This document shows positions 1 through 10,801 of a stretch of 42,524 bases of DNA, in pieces; within the stretch, counting starts at the first letter, position 1; each line of letters starts with the position of its first letter. The notes beneath the pieces are model-generated. The model was not told the DNA's origin. It made no database searches and worked only from the letters and a program-made list of their open reading frames with translations. Source of the stretch: Catajapyx aquilonaris (lineage: Eukaryota); assembly GCA_000934665.2 (NCBI GenBank), contig KZ538884.1, forward strand, positions 1 through 42,524, read 5' to 3'. Made by a program: the position numbers and the translations under genes.

Positions 1-440
1 TATCTGCGGCTTGCCTCCGTCACATCTGAAAACTCCCAACCGTACTTAATTTTCGCGAAATGCGACGATTTCAGCAAATCAGTTCGTCTGGCACGTTGCA
101 ATAAATACGCAAGTAAATGTCTGCAAAACCTGCGTAACGAACGGACAGTATGTCTGTGTTTGCATGGAAATGCCCGCAGGACATGTATCTTTTCCAATTC
201 CCGGACCCGCGGAAACTAAAACTAGACAACTGTCACCAATGTCACTTACAACATTATTCGGGGCAACCCTTCAATTATTATCTACATTGAGAACCGTACC
301 AGCCGAATTTACTGAAATCGTGGAACTTTCCAAGAATTAAATCAATACTATGTGTGGCTTGCCTCTGTCACATCTGAAAACTCCCAAACTTATTTAATTT
401 TCGCGAAATGCAACGATTGCAGCAAATATTAGTCTGGCAC
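1..440. repeat. Degenerate direct repeat (~94 bp at 1-94 and 349-440; period ~348 bp), probably a tandem unit cut by the window start
   Basis: GGCTTGCCTC(C/T)GTCACATCTGAAAACTCCCAA...TTAATTTTCGCGAAATGC(G/A)ACGATT...GTCTGGCAC occurs at both positions. Confidence 0.75.
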
Positions 441-523
441 ATTTCTCAAGGTATAGATATTCTGCATACTGGAACATAATTTCATAATTAAATCAGCTTA
501 ATAGTTGGCCGGTATTACCTGGC

Positions 524-890
524 GATGTTATAGCCGAATCGTCATGCAACGAAAACATAAATTTCCGCTTTCAATGTGGCTGTAGCCTACAATGCACTAC
601 TAGACTACATACCGATTAATGAAATCTGTCACAAATGCAATATTGGCTCACCCGAAAATTATGCAGGACCAAAATATCCGAAATTTCCTTCTGCCGTCTC
701 CTTTGTGCATACCTGGAAAACAATATTTTCCCACCGAGGGTCCAAGAAATGGTCTGTTATACCGGAGGTGAGGTGAAAATGAGTCTGTTACATCAGGAGT
801 GCAAATACACAGTGCCTAATGGAAGCATGCCGGGACGGCCTTTATAACCAAGTATGTTATATCCGAGGCTGTTATATCCGGATTCAACTG
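524..890. mobile_element. One end of a pogo/Tigger-like DNA transposon remnant
   Basis: Ends ...TGTTATATCCGAGGCTGTTATATCCGGATTCAACTG|TA, i.e. TA|CAGTTGAATCC on the minus strand. TGTTATA.CCG subterminal motifs recur at ~526, ~755, ~855 and ~870, as in Tigger-type ends. The partner end was not found. Confidence 0.55.
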
Positions 891-958
891 TAATAAGTAC
901 AATCCGTTCACTCCAGAGCAGCAGGGTAACATTTCCCTAACAATATGGCGAGGTGTGA

Positions 959-1540
959 AGGTGTGTTTATACCGTCTGGAAGTGAGCCCAGTTCCGGCGA
1001 ACTAATTTCCTGCCGGGCACTCGAATCGTACTATCCGTTTACGCCATTGCGGTCGCACAGCCAGCGAGGAGTGGGACTCGGACACGGACTCGGAGCTCGC
1101 GAGTCATCAGTTGGGGAGGGCTGGGGTAGAGGGATGGAGGGGCGGCCGGGCAATGGCATGGATGCGAGCCGCGGGAGACCCGCTTCTCCTCCTGCCGGCG
1201 AGGGGAACTGGGAGCTCCTTTGCTGTACTTCTCGGTTGCAGCCATCTTGTATGGGGGGGATAAACTCCACCCTCTACCGTCGTTGATTGGTTCGAAAAGA
1301 GAAAGGCAAAGGGATGGGAGTCTCAACTGTGCGCGCGCATACGGGGAAGGCTCTGATTGGTCAGCAGGGGCACAGCAGAGGTTACGGATCCGTTGCTCCC
1401 GGCAGAAAAGACTCCTAGGGAGAATTGCGGTCGCAGGCGCTCGATTCCTTGCGACATTATTTCTGGTGGCCACGGTTTCCGTTGCCAAAGCACCCAGTTC
1501 GCCGGAACTGCCGTCACTTCCAGACGGTATAAACACACCT
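959..1540. mobile_element. MITE, PIF/Harbinger-like
   Basis: ~45-bp TIRs AGGTGTGTTTATACCGTCTGGAAGTGA(GCC/CGG)CAGTTCCGGCGAACT with 3 mismatches. Flanks are TGA/TAA, a degenerate 3-bp TWA-type TSD. No coding capacity. Confidence 0.8.
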
Positions 1541-1544
1541 TAAA

Positions 1545-1965
1545 TAGGAATTGACATTGCTAGGCGATGGAATCGCGAACATATGAAGTATTTGACGTAA
1601 AAAAATCATAACTTCAATCCTGCAGCAGGTGGAAGTGCGAGGTCTTGAACATAGATCCGCACCATCCTACTGCGCATTCGGCCCTTTGATGAAGAAACCA
1701 AATACCGAATAGTTATTGAGCAAATAAATAGAAACGTCTTTTTCATTTTTTTTGTGGCGTTTTGAAGAGGAATTGAGTTTAGCTGTAAATGGTAGGAATG
1801 CACTTCACGACGGTGGGCGTCTGTGTTCAAAATTTGGAAGCTCTACCTACAGCAGAACTTGAGTTAGGGCGAATAAAAAAAGCGTAACAACAACAAGAAG
1901 ATGTTGAAGAAAAATTCATTGTTGAAATCTATGCTACGGTCTTACTAAGGGGCTATCGCCCCTTA
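1545..1965. mobile_element. Possible non-autonomous Helentron/Helitron-like element
   Basis: Imperfect internal inverted repeat (~1606-1634 vs ~1841-1867), a short (CAA)n tract at ~1886-1896, and a terminal 8-bp-stem hairpin TAAGGGGC-TATC-GCCCCTTA (1946-1965). Boundaries are uncertain. Confidence 0.3.
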
Positions 1966-2299
1966 AATGATATGCTATTATGTCCGGTACTGTACCACAT
2001 GAATACCCCTATTGACATGATAATGAGGTTAGTGTGAGATTCTGGCACTTACACCTTTAAGGTAGTTCTTGCGCTTGGAAACGGGGGGGAAGAAGGAGGG
2101 GGGTTGAGCCTATGTTTATACATGGGGCGAGCTGGCCAATACCAACTTCTGCGATTGTAAGACATTTCTGCTAGTATTTCTCTGAAACAGAGTTTTGAGT
2201 GCGTGTTTCGCGTCGGATACGTTACCGGTACGTGAACATTTATTTGGGGGATAATAATTCCCTCGTGCACTTTTGCCCGGAGAAGAGCAGAAATATGGC

Positions 2300-2532
2300 T
2301 GTTCCAAATACCGGAAAAAGTGCGGGAAATCCGGTAACGTTGCACACGTTGGCAGCACTTATCAACAAAGTATCGATGTTTCGATGTATCCATATTTCCC
2401 CCCAGCGATATATCGAGTTCTCGATAGTTATCCCAACTATCGATATTATATCCATATTTTAATAAAATTACAGTGATTTGAGCTTATCAGACATCGATAT
2501 TTTTTAAGTAAACCATCGATATATCGATATCA
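2300..2532. repeat. Transposon-end remnants with an ATCGAT-rich subterminal tract
   Basis: GTTGGCAGCACT (~2348-2359) resembles a CAGTG(C/T)TGCCAAC-type DNA-transposon terminus. Many ATCGAT/TCGATA motifs follow at 2371-2530. Confidence 0.35.
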
Positions 2533-2538
2533 ATACAT

Positions 2539-2641
2539 CAAACTGAATTACCGATCCGATAGCTCCTAACGGATCGTTAGGTAGGCCATTTAACGTGTGC
2601 TAACGATCTGTTAGGAGCTATCGGATCGGTAATTCAGTTTG
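2539..2641. repeat. Inverted repeat/hairpin (42-bp arms, 19-bp spacer), likely a collapsed MITE
   Basis: CAAACTGAATTACCGATCCGATAGCTCCTAACGGATCGTTAG (2539-2580) matches the reverse complement at 2600-2641 with one mismatch. Confidence 0.85.
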
Positions 2642-3279
2642 TGCAATCGGGCAATAATCTCCAAACCTTTGCAAAGTCGTTCCCGAGTTGTAACGTAGAT
2701 AAGGTTACCTGCCGTGATTCCACTTGAAAGCGGCGGGTTAAGTAACTGTCTAGTCGACCAATAACTTGAGACCAGAGACCAATCTCCCATACACAATCAT
2801 CATATTTATTGCCCCTTTTAACTCTTGCACATCCCTATATCGTAAAACGAGCCCTATATATTAATTTTATACTCTTAAAACGAGCTCAGGGACTTTCAAA
2901 ACGCGGCCCCCCTACTATATTGTTGTAGCTGCATTGCCAAGTCATCGCTGGGCGCCGTGACTACCCCGCAGTTTTGAAGGGATTGTGGAAGAACGGACCT
3001 GGTGACGCATTGGTTTCTTGTGACAAAATAATTTGGTACGAATGTGGCTACACAGTGATTGGTTTTTTGTGATCGTGGCACCATTTTCACGGGATCTACG
3101 TGGGGAAATATCGGTTCCTGGATGCCCCTCTCCATAAGCCGCCATGTATAAGACCTCAAGTTCAGAGATGAATATCTCCGAAAGTATTTAGTAAAAGTCC
3201 TTTATATTTTACAGGCTCATTAGTCACATAACAGGGAACAACTGGTGTAATTTTAAATTCTCTGCCACTATTTAGTCTT

Positions 3280-4113
3280 ACAAGGGAACCTCTCGAAGTG
3301 TCACTCGAAGTTCAAGGTGAAATATTTTTTTTCGGGTTCCTTATCAGCTAGAAGGACAACACCCTTCTGGAGAAATCCTCGATCTCAAGCGTTTTCGAGA
3401 TACAGGGGTCAAAAGGTCAAGAATGGACCACTTTATGAAGGCCCCGAGGAAGCTATCATTAGTGCTATTGACGAGATTTTTGGGATCTAGAGGTTTCTTG
3501 GGATGGGGAATACAGTGGCATAACCAAAAATCATGATTTATGCACATGAAGGGTACTTCTCAGGGAAGGGGGTGGGAGGTGGGGGGACAAAAGTTACTAT
3601 AAACAAAGTATTTTCTACTCCTTACGTCATTAGACAGCACTGACTGTACACCCAAGTTGGTAAATTTCATTAACTATATCATGTAAACATGAATTATGTA
3701 GAATTTCTGAAGCACTCCTCTTGACGAAATTCACCAACTTGGGTGTACAGTCAGTGCTGTCTAAAGACGTAAGGAGTAGAAAATACTTTGTTTATAGTAA
3801 CTTTTGTCCCCCCACCTCCCACCCCCTTCCCTGAGAAGTACCCTTCATGTGCATAAATCATGATTTTTGGTTATGCCACTGTATTCCCCATCCCAAGAAA
3901 CCTCTAGATCCCAAAAATCTCGCCGATAGCACTAATGATAGCTTCCTCGGGGCCTTCATAAAGTGGTCCATTCTTGACCTTTTGACCCTTGTATCTCGAA
4001 AACGCTTGAGATCGAGGATTTCTCCAGAAGGGTGTTGTCCTTCTAGCTGATAAGGAACCCGAAAAAAATATTTCACCTTGAACTCCGAGTGACACTTCGA
4101 GAGGTTCCCTTGT
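3280..4113. mobile_element. Long foldback element (~394-bp inverted arms, ~47-bp spacer)
   Basis: 3280-3673 is the reverse complement of 3721-4113 with only scattered substitutions. The near-identical ORFs 3344..3547(-) and 3847..4050(+) reflect this symmetry. Confidence 0.92.
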
Positions 4114-7100
4114 TAGCGTAAGAACTACCTTAATGAGGGAACGGTCCCCTGGCACATAGATCTTTCCATTTTCGTTACATTTGGCCTGGGATTTTTATTA
4201 TTAAGCCGTGATATATGTTCACAGTTATTGAATCGGAGCTAGTGCCTTGATTGTATGTTGCATCTGCGAAGTTATGTTCGCCAAGGAAGTAGAATTTCAG
4301 ATAGGATACACACAAATGGCATTTTCTCAGCTTGACAAAATTGGCACTTAGCGTCTTTATCATTTCTACTCTTCGCTATCAAGAGTTGATCGAACTAAAA
4401 GTCAAAAATGCATATACCAGATATACAGTAGGTCTACACACGATGCTTATTACTTGGGAGTTGAGAAGCAAATTCACTCCACCAGATGAAGCGGCTAAAA
4501 CTCCACTCGCCTAATCAAATGTGTAGGCCTAGTTTTATGGCACTCATAACACATTTTATGTGGCCTCAAAAGACAATTTTGCAGCAGTTTGGTCCACCAC
4601 TGTGTGCAGGAATGCGATTGTCGGGAGTGCACGCGTGGTGAGTGGAGACAAAGTTACATCGGGTATATATACATTCTCCCCGTACCTCTCCCACCCTCCC
4701 CTCCCCCTCTCTGTCCCCTCACTCCCCCTGCAACAAGGCAAAACCTTAGTGTGCTCCACGAGTACATTTCCGCCGTGAATACCAACTCCCAACTGCTGCG
4801 CCACGTCGAGTTGATTTTATCTAACGGGGTTTTTGTCATGCCAAATGTTACCGTCGGGTCGCATCACTTCAGAGTACGATTGCAGGTACCTCTTCAGGCT
4901 CGTAGAGGGGACTCGGGAACAAACTGTATTTTCGTGTCGTCTGCTGGAATCTGGATTTTTTTTCCATTTCCCAGTGCGTCACATGAACAGAAAGAATCAA
5001 ACGGCTACTGCTAGTCTATTCAAAATGTTGTTTGTATCACATGCTAATGATGACAGACTACTAGAGAGCAGCAATATTGCGCTCTCCTGTGTGTGACATA
5101 TTTTTTCCTTTCATTTCATTCCGTCTATGTAAAAAGGCATCTGGGAATAATATTTTATCATGTGGATGTCTTGCATAACTTAAAAGGAAAATGAGGCCTA
5201 GCTGGAGTGAATAATGTATCGTATATAGACATTCCACAAAGGACAGCTGCATGATGACAAAATTGAGTAATAGCATTATAACCATTTTCTGTTCGGTAAT
5301 TAGTGATAATAATCAAGGGAAACGATAATAAACTACGAAATATTATTAGGGTCAACTTTATAAAATTACCAAATGATTTGTCCCTCATTTGTGTCCAAAT
5401 AGAAGATATTATTATGGTCAAATATATTAGGGCCATTCGATACAAAATTTTGGTCTCAACTGCAATCAGTACCTACATGATTTGGCAATGACTGATTATA
5501 ATTTAATTGCAAATGCCAACGTAATTTTTAGGCAGTCATAATTATTTACGCATCACAGAATTATTCGAAACGTGTGCTAATGAAGTATGGCATGTCTATT
5601 TACATATGCAAACCTGAAATGCAAAACGATCCGAGTCATATTATGGTCGAAATTGAGTTAACATATTCCTTGGGGGGTACTTCCTGATGACCAAGTCATA
5701 TTTCTAACAGAGAAATCGCAATCCCTTTAAAAATCGGTGAAAATATTTCATCCCATGGGACATAATGTGAAATCTTAAAAGTTCAAACCCGCATACCTCG
5801 AAATTAGTTAAAATAATGTGTGTCTGAGCGTCCTGCATTTCAAGTCTTCATATCATTGGAATTTCGGTTTGTTAAGTCATCCCACACGATTCCGACTGAA
5901 CTTCCCATAATTATGCTATTTTAAACGGCGTTTTTCGATTCGTCCCGATTAGAGTGAACCATAATATATTATGCATCAAGTCTTTGAGTGACAGACCACA
6001 CCGCTAAGAATTCATGGGTGCTGAAAGAGGGTGTGCATCGGTATGCATTCCTGAGTTAACAGCCAGGATATTAATTCATGGAGGTTCGAGGGAGGAGAGA
6101 AGAATCATCATGAGAGTGGCAAGAGCGTTGAGAGTTTTATAACAACTTATCAGTGTGACAGGTGTCATAATATCAAACATATCCCCCATTTTTACGGCAT
6201 GCTTTAGTCCGTTATTTGAATCACGCTGGCACTTTATCTGATATTATGTGCTTCAGCATAAATTGCCAGAAAGATAAGTCGCAGTGGTAAGTAGGAACAT
6301 AGAAGCGAAGGAGAAGACCAATTTGCCTAAGGGATTTCCACCCTCATCCTTCCCCTCCTACCCAATCAAAGAGCTTTGAAAGCCACTGATTCCTTCCCTC
6401 ATATCCCTATACCCTCCTTTCGTCCAGATATCCAAGTATGAGACCCAACTTAAGATTAACAGGAAGAAGACTACTCGAGCAAGTTATCTCTCGCTGGATT
6501 TCGAGCATTCCTTAGAGTAATATTCAAACGCCCATATCAGAACCGGATCCGATCTAGTACCGTATATTTGTGTTCTGGACCATCAGGTAGGTTGCCTAGT
6601 TTGCCTCACATGCATCAACTTTGAGTTTTGCCTCCAGAGAGGGCGTAAGCCAGCTCATACGCTCCCGTTTATATGCGACAAGGGGGCGTATTGTTCTCTA
6701 CGAGTTTATTTTTAGACGGCAATCATGCATTGACTAATCACAAGAAAATTTTATATGCTTCCGCACTACCTGTAATGGACTATGAAAACATTAGCTTCCG
6801 TTTAAAAATTTTTAAAGGCCCGATTTAATAAGCTCTAAGGTGAGTCACCAGGTGCAAAAAAAACAGGCAGCCCAGGTGTTAAAGCTAATTAGTGGAGAGC
6901 TCGGAGCAGTGCTCCCGACCAATCAGGAGCAAGGTCTCTTCCCACTGGGTCGTCTGGCTGATGGGAAAACGCGGGAAGGGGCGTAGCCAGAGTTGATTAT
7001 GCGGCACTTTTGACCCGCCGAAAAATATCGCAAAATTTCAGGATTTTTTTTTGTGGTTTTGCGCTGAACGGTCCACACACCGGGAAAAATTCAGCAGGGA

Positions 7101-7771
7101 GTTATGTCTATTCACATTTGTGCAGTAAGTGTCTGTTTACTACTCGTTTACAATGACGAGACCTTTGACATATTACGTCATTACATTAAATACAGGGTGA
7201 TCAAACTTTTTTGTCGTTTTAGTTATTGACAAGTTCGGCCTAAGCTGCTTATATTGTAGCCCGTTACCTGGCAACCCCGTCCGGCGGGTCAATTCAAACA
7301 TCAGCACGTGGAGAGCGCTTCCATTGTTGCCACTGTTTACAAATCGAGTGAGTGACGCGGACGACCCAGCGAAGGTTTCTGCATGCTTACACATCAGTAG
7401 CAAGGGATACGCAGGGAAAATAATGATGTTACTGAGAACAAGTCATTTTGGGGAAATGTTCCTTGCTGGACTCGAAGAAAGGTTTTCGTCCACAACACAC
7501 CTGCACACGAAATATATTCCATCGCTGAGGAGGGAGTGTCAATTAAGATCAGGGGTGTGCTAATTGAAAGTACGTCAACTGACGGATTCTTTCGGTTTTT
7601 GTGTCTTTTCTGCGTCATTCGACCACCGCTAAGACGAATGGAGGCCATGCCCTGCGTGACAAAACCGCGCCTGTCTCGTAATTTGTCCCCATAAGACGCC
7701 ATAATTCAAAATGGCCTCCCCATACTTGTACGTGTCATTCGTGTCATATTCGCGACTGGAAGAGGAACACC

Positions 7772-8171
7772 GGGACTACTATCGGATTTTTAAATACTGG
7801 CCCCTGTGTTTGACTCTAAATAACTCCCAGCTAGGAAAAGGGTCAAAAAATAACTTTATTTATTTATTTACTTTTTATTAATTTAATTTAATTTACCCCG
7901 TGATGTCCCTTTAAGGGAGCTATAGGGAGGTAGTATACCACCATCAGTTTTTTTGACTAGTTGCCAAAGTTACGCCGAAAAGTGAATTTTTTATGACACG
8001 TCTCGTAGGCCCAAAAATTCCTCCTGTGAACCCTGGATAGTGCAAATCTTTGTCTATCTAATGATATATTTGAAACTTAGAAATCGAGATTTGTGTAATC
8101 ATAATTAAGTTAATTGCACACCTCAGTTATCTCGGCCAACTATAATCCGAATTACTTTGCAAATGTATCGA
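7772..8171 (+). repeat. Interspersed repeat (probable DNA-transposon segment), copy 1; homologous to 27002-27408
   Basis: Shared blocks CTACTATCGGATTTTTAAATACTGGCCCCTGTGTTTGAC and TTTGTGTAATCATAATTAAGTTAATTGCACACCTCAGTTATCTCGGCC. Confidence 0.85.
7857..7945 (-). mobile_element. 5'-truncated SINE/LINE 3' tail
   Basis: The minus strand reads ATGGTGGTATACTACC...ATCACGGGGTAA followed by an A-rich (TAAA)n tail, matching the 3' end of the SINE at 27588-27932. Confidence 0.7.
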
Positions 8172-8297
8172 GGGAGGCGAAGTGGCGCAGCGGTAACGTT
8201 CGCGCCCACGGATGTTAAGGTCCCGGGTTTGATCCTAGCCCGGGGACACCCCATTCATCTCGTGTAGAGTTTGGGCCATCTCTGGCTTCGTCTCGGG

Positions 8298-8620
8298 CAG
8301 GGGCGGATCCAGACTTTCGATTTGGGGGGGGGGGGGNNNNNNNNNNNNNNNNNNNNNNNNNNNNNNNNNNNNNNNNNNNNNNNNNNNNNNNNNNNNNNNN
8401 NNNNNNNNNNNNNNNNNNNNNNNNNNNNNNNNNNNNNNNNNNNNNNNNNNNNNNNNNNNNNNNNNNNNNNNNNNNNNNNNNNNNNNNNNNNNNNNNNNNN
8501 NNNNNNNNNNNNNNNNNNNNNNNNNNNNNNNNNNNNNNNNNNNNNNNNNNNNNNNNNNNNNNNNNNNNNNNNNNNNNNNNNNNNNNNNNNNNNNNNCCCC
8601 CCCCCCTGGATCCGCCCCTG
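8298..8620. mobile_element. hAT-superfamily MITE (interior in assembly gap)
   Basis: Perfect 15-bp TIR CAGGGGCGGATCCAG and exact 8-bp TSD GTCTCGGG (8290-8297, 8621-8628). Confidence 0.9.
8337..8596. other. Assembly gap (260 N)
   Basis: N run between a poly-G and a poly-C tract. Confidence 0.99.
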
Positions 8621-8838
8621 GTCTCGGGTGGGACTGCTTAGACTAACCACCCGGGGGAATTCACAAAATGACTTCACACAAGTCCCACCACATCGCACTG
8701 CACTTTGCACACACCCCTGCTGTCATCCTGCCCGTGGGCCAGGGTGCTTCAAAAATAGGTTCCAAAATGTACACAGATGACTAAATAAAGGTCCGTGTGA
8801 TATACCGCCATTTGGGGGTGAAAGCATTGCCCCAGGAT

Positions 8839-8883
<45 letters not shown>

Positions 8884-8914
8884 ATCATTATTATTATTAT
8901 CATTATTATTATTA
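8839..8914. repeat. Compound microsatellite (GTT)n-(ATT)n, SINE tail
   Basis: Visible triplet runs. Confidence 0.95.
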
Positions 8915-9817
8915 CTAGGGGGGATCAAATATATTTTAAAAATAAAAATATCGAAATTCTGCCATTCATGGTGCAGTTTGAATAAGACAGTAGTTGCTGA
9001 CTAGTGTGGTGCAGTACCGGTACTCATAATTTCAGGCAGATTGTCGACAGGTGTAGTGAGAGTCCTAGAGCATCTGTGTCAAGATGGCAACGCCCCTTCA
9101 GATATTCACTGAAGAGGAGGAGAGACATGTCATTCGGTTTTGTGCATGAAAGGGACAAATCCCATAGAAATGTATTGATGAAGGCAGGCACACTATACAG
9201 TATACGGATCTCCCATTGATCTTGCAGTGCACCACAGTGCAAAAAATTCCAGAACGATGAAAGTAGTATAAAAGATGCGCTGAGGTCAGGCTAGTCGAAT
9301 GCTACTATGAGATCTGGAACTTTTTACTCCATTCACTTCAAGATAGACGGCATATATCGTGGATGCGTAATATTTCTTAATATGTTACTATGAGTTTTGT
9401 GCCTTCCATGCATGGTCTGTTGAAGAATGTCGAGCATATGGCTGGTTCACCACAGCTTTCCGTAATTTGTGGAAGCACGGCTCCTTGGGGCTCCATATTT
9501 TTGCTTTCTTAGTCAAATGCCAATTACAGAGTTATCGGTAGAGGAAAATATTCAGTATATTTTAACTTTATTCAACAGAACCCCATACCCATAAAAATTC
9601 AATCCTATGGCATGCTTGAGACAAAAGGAGTATTTATCATGCTGTTAATCTGACCCGAAGCAGGCCGATATACATATTGCGCCACAACATAGCGGGGTCT
9701 GATGGTCTGAAAGTTATACGGTGTTCAAAGAAGTTACAGGTCACATTCGCGAACTACTGAAAAAACGTAGAATATATTGCCAAAATTTCGCTACCGATGA
9801 TTAGACCGAGGTGTACC

Positions 9818-10094
9818 TGGCAACCAAGATCGCTCGTTTGACCTGTCTCGATTTCTTCCTCTGGGGACACATGAAACTCGTAGTGTACTGTACAGTGTTG
9901 GACATAAATCGAAGCATACTGCCACATTTTCCGAAGCGGCAGAAGGAATCTTGCTCGCCCGGGTTGCAGTATCCTTATCTTCGATTCCTTCTTCTGCCGC
10001 TTCGGAAAAGTCGCTAGCAGTATGCCTCGATTAATGTTCAAAACTGTACCAGACTCCCATTGACTCAGAGGATGACTTTGTCACACGAATCGCT
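9818..10094 (+). pseudogene. Degenerate Tc1/mariner-superfamily transposase fragment (maT DD37D / rosa DD41D-like C-terminal motif), split by a MITE
   Basis: Reads WQPRS(frameshift)LTCLDFFLWGHMKLVVY, then QTPIDSEDDFVTRIA after the insertion. This matches the WPxRSPDLTPLDFFLWG..K..VY..P..S..DL..RI consensus. Confidence 0.8.
9893..10046. mobile_element. Tc1/mariner-type MITE (154 bp, hairpin-like)
   Basis: TA|CAGTGTTGGACATAAATCGAAGCATACTGC ... GCAGTATGCCTCGATTAATGTTCAAAACTG|TA, plus an inner inverted repeat TTTTCCGAAGCGGCAGAAG. Confidence 0.85.
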
Positions 10095-10801
10095 TCCAAT
10101 GGGTCAAAATGGGTCACACAAAATGTCTAACTTATGGAGAATAGTAATTTCAATTTGTGGCTCCAAAAATGAGCCAATGCCACTTATAACATTGGAATAA
10201 AGTTGTTGCTGGATACTTGAAATAAATTCTATTCGAAATTACTGATAAACAATAAGAGTAGCTTATTAGTGCGAAAAAGCCACAGAATGAAATGCTGCTA
10301 AGATATAAGTAACATCAAGAGAAATACCCTTTGCTTGGAATATATCATTTAAATTCGTGGCAAAATTTTGGCAATCCTAGCCTTTTCCAGCAGTTGGCAC
10401 GTCTCTGGAAATTGGCACGCAGATAATGATCTGGACATGATGCAACTTTTAGGCGATCATTGCTGGCCTGACATGTTTTGGCACTACAGGATAACCCAGC
10501 TATACCCCAGAGCATTAGAACTCCTCCTTTGTCTCGCGCATGCCATTGGGTCCATTGTTTTTTTGTGAATGCCAATATATCGAGGAAAGTGGAAAAATTT
10601 CTGCATGTTGTTGCTCCCATACAGGACCCTCTCATTGGCGTTTGAAATTATAATTTCCTCAGATATGCTGCTAGTACGTCACAGTTTCACGAATTTCGGA
10701 CTGGTGTGGGTCGTGACGTCAGGAAACATAATCATTTGGCCGTATCGTGAATGTCACGGTATAAAAACACTGTATCTCAATTCCACATTTTTCTTACCAG
10801 A

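Larger units (their letters stand above)
2061..4129. mobile_element. Kolobok-like non-autonomous DNA transposon containing nested insertions
   Basis: TTAA|GGTAGTTCTTGCGCT at 2057-2075 and AGCGTAAGAACTACC|TTAA at 4115-4133 give 15-bp TIRs (1 mismatch) that start with purines, plus a TTAA TSD. This is the Kolobok signature; piggyBac ends would start CCC. Confidence 0.55.
8172..8914 (+). mobile_element. tRNA-derived SINE interrupted by a hAT MITE
   Basis: Box A TGGCGCAGCGG (8183-8193) and box B GGTTTGATCC (8226-8235). The body resumes after the 8298-8620 insertion and ends in a (GTT)n(ATT)n tail. The head resembles the SINE at 27588. Confidence 0.75.

Noticed and set aside
3344..4050. Duplicated 67-aa ORFs as a gene pair
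   Set aside because: By-product of the inverted repeat; no recognisable protein features.
7191..7770. Tc1/mariner element starting TA|CAGGGTGATC
   Set aside because: No partner TIR or transposase motif was found, so the extent cannot be supported.
8172..8245. tRNA genes here and at ~27588, ~29840-29908 and ~36905
   Set aside because: The A/B boxes are followed by SINE bodies and tails, one with a TSD; no clean cloverleaf is evident.
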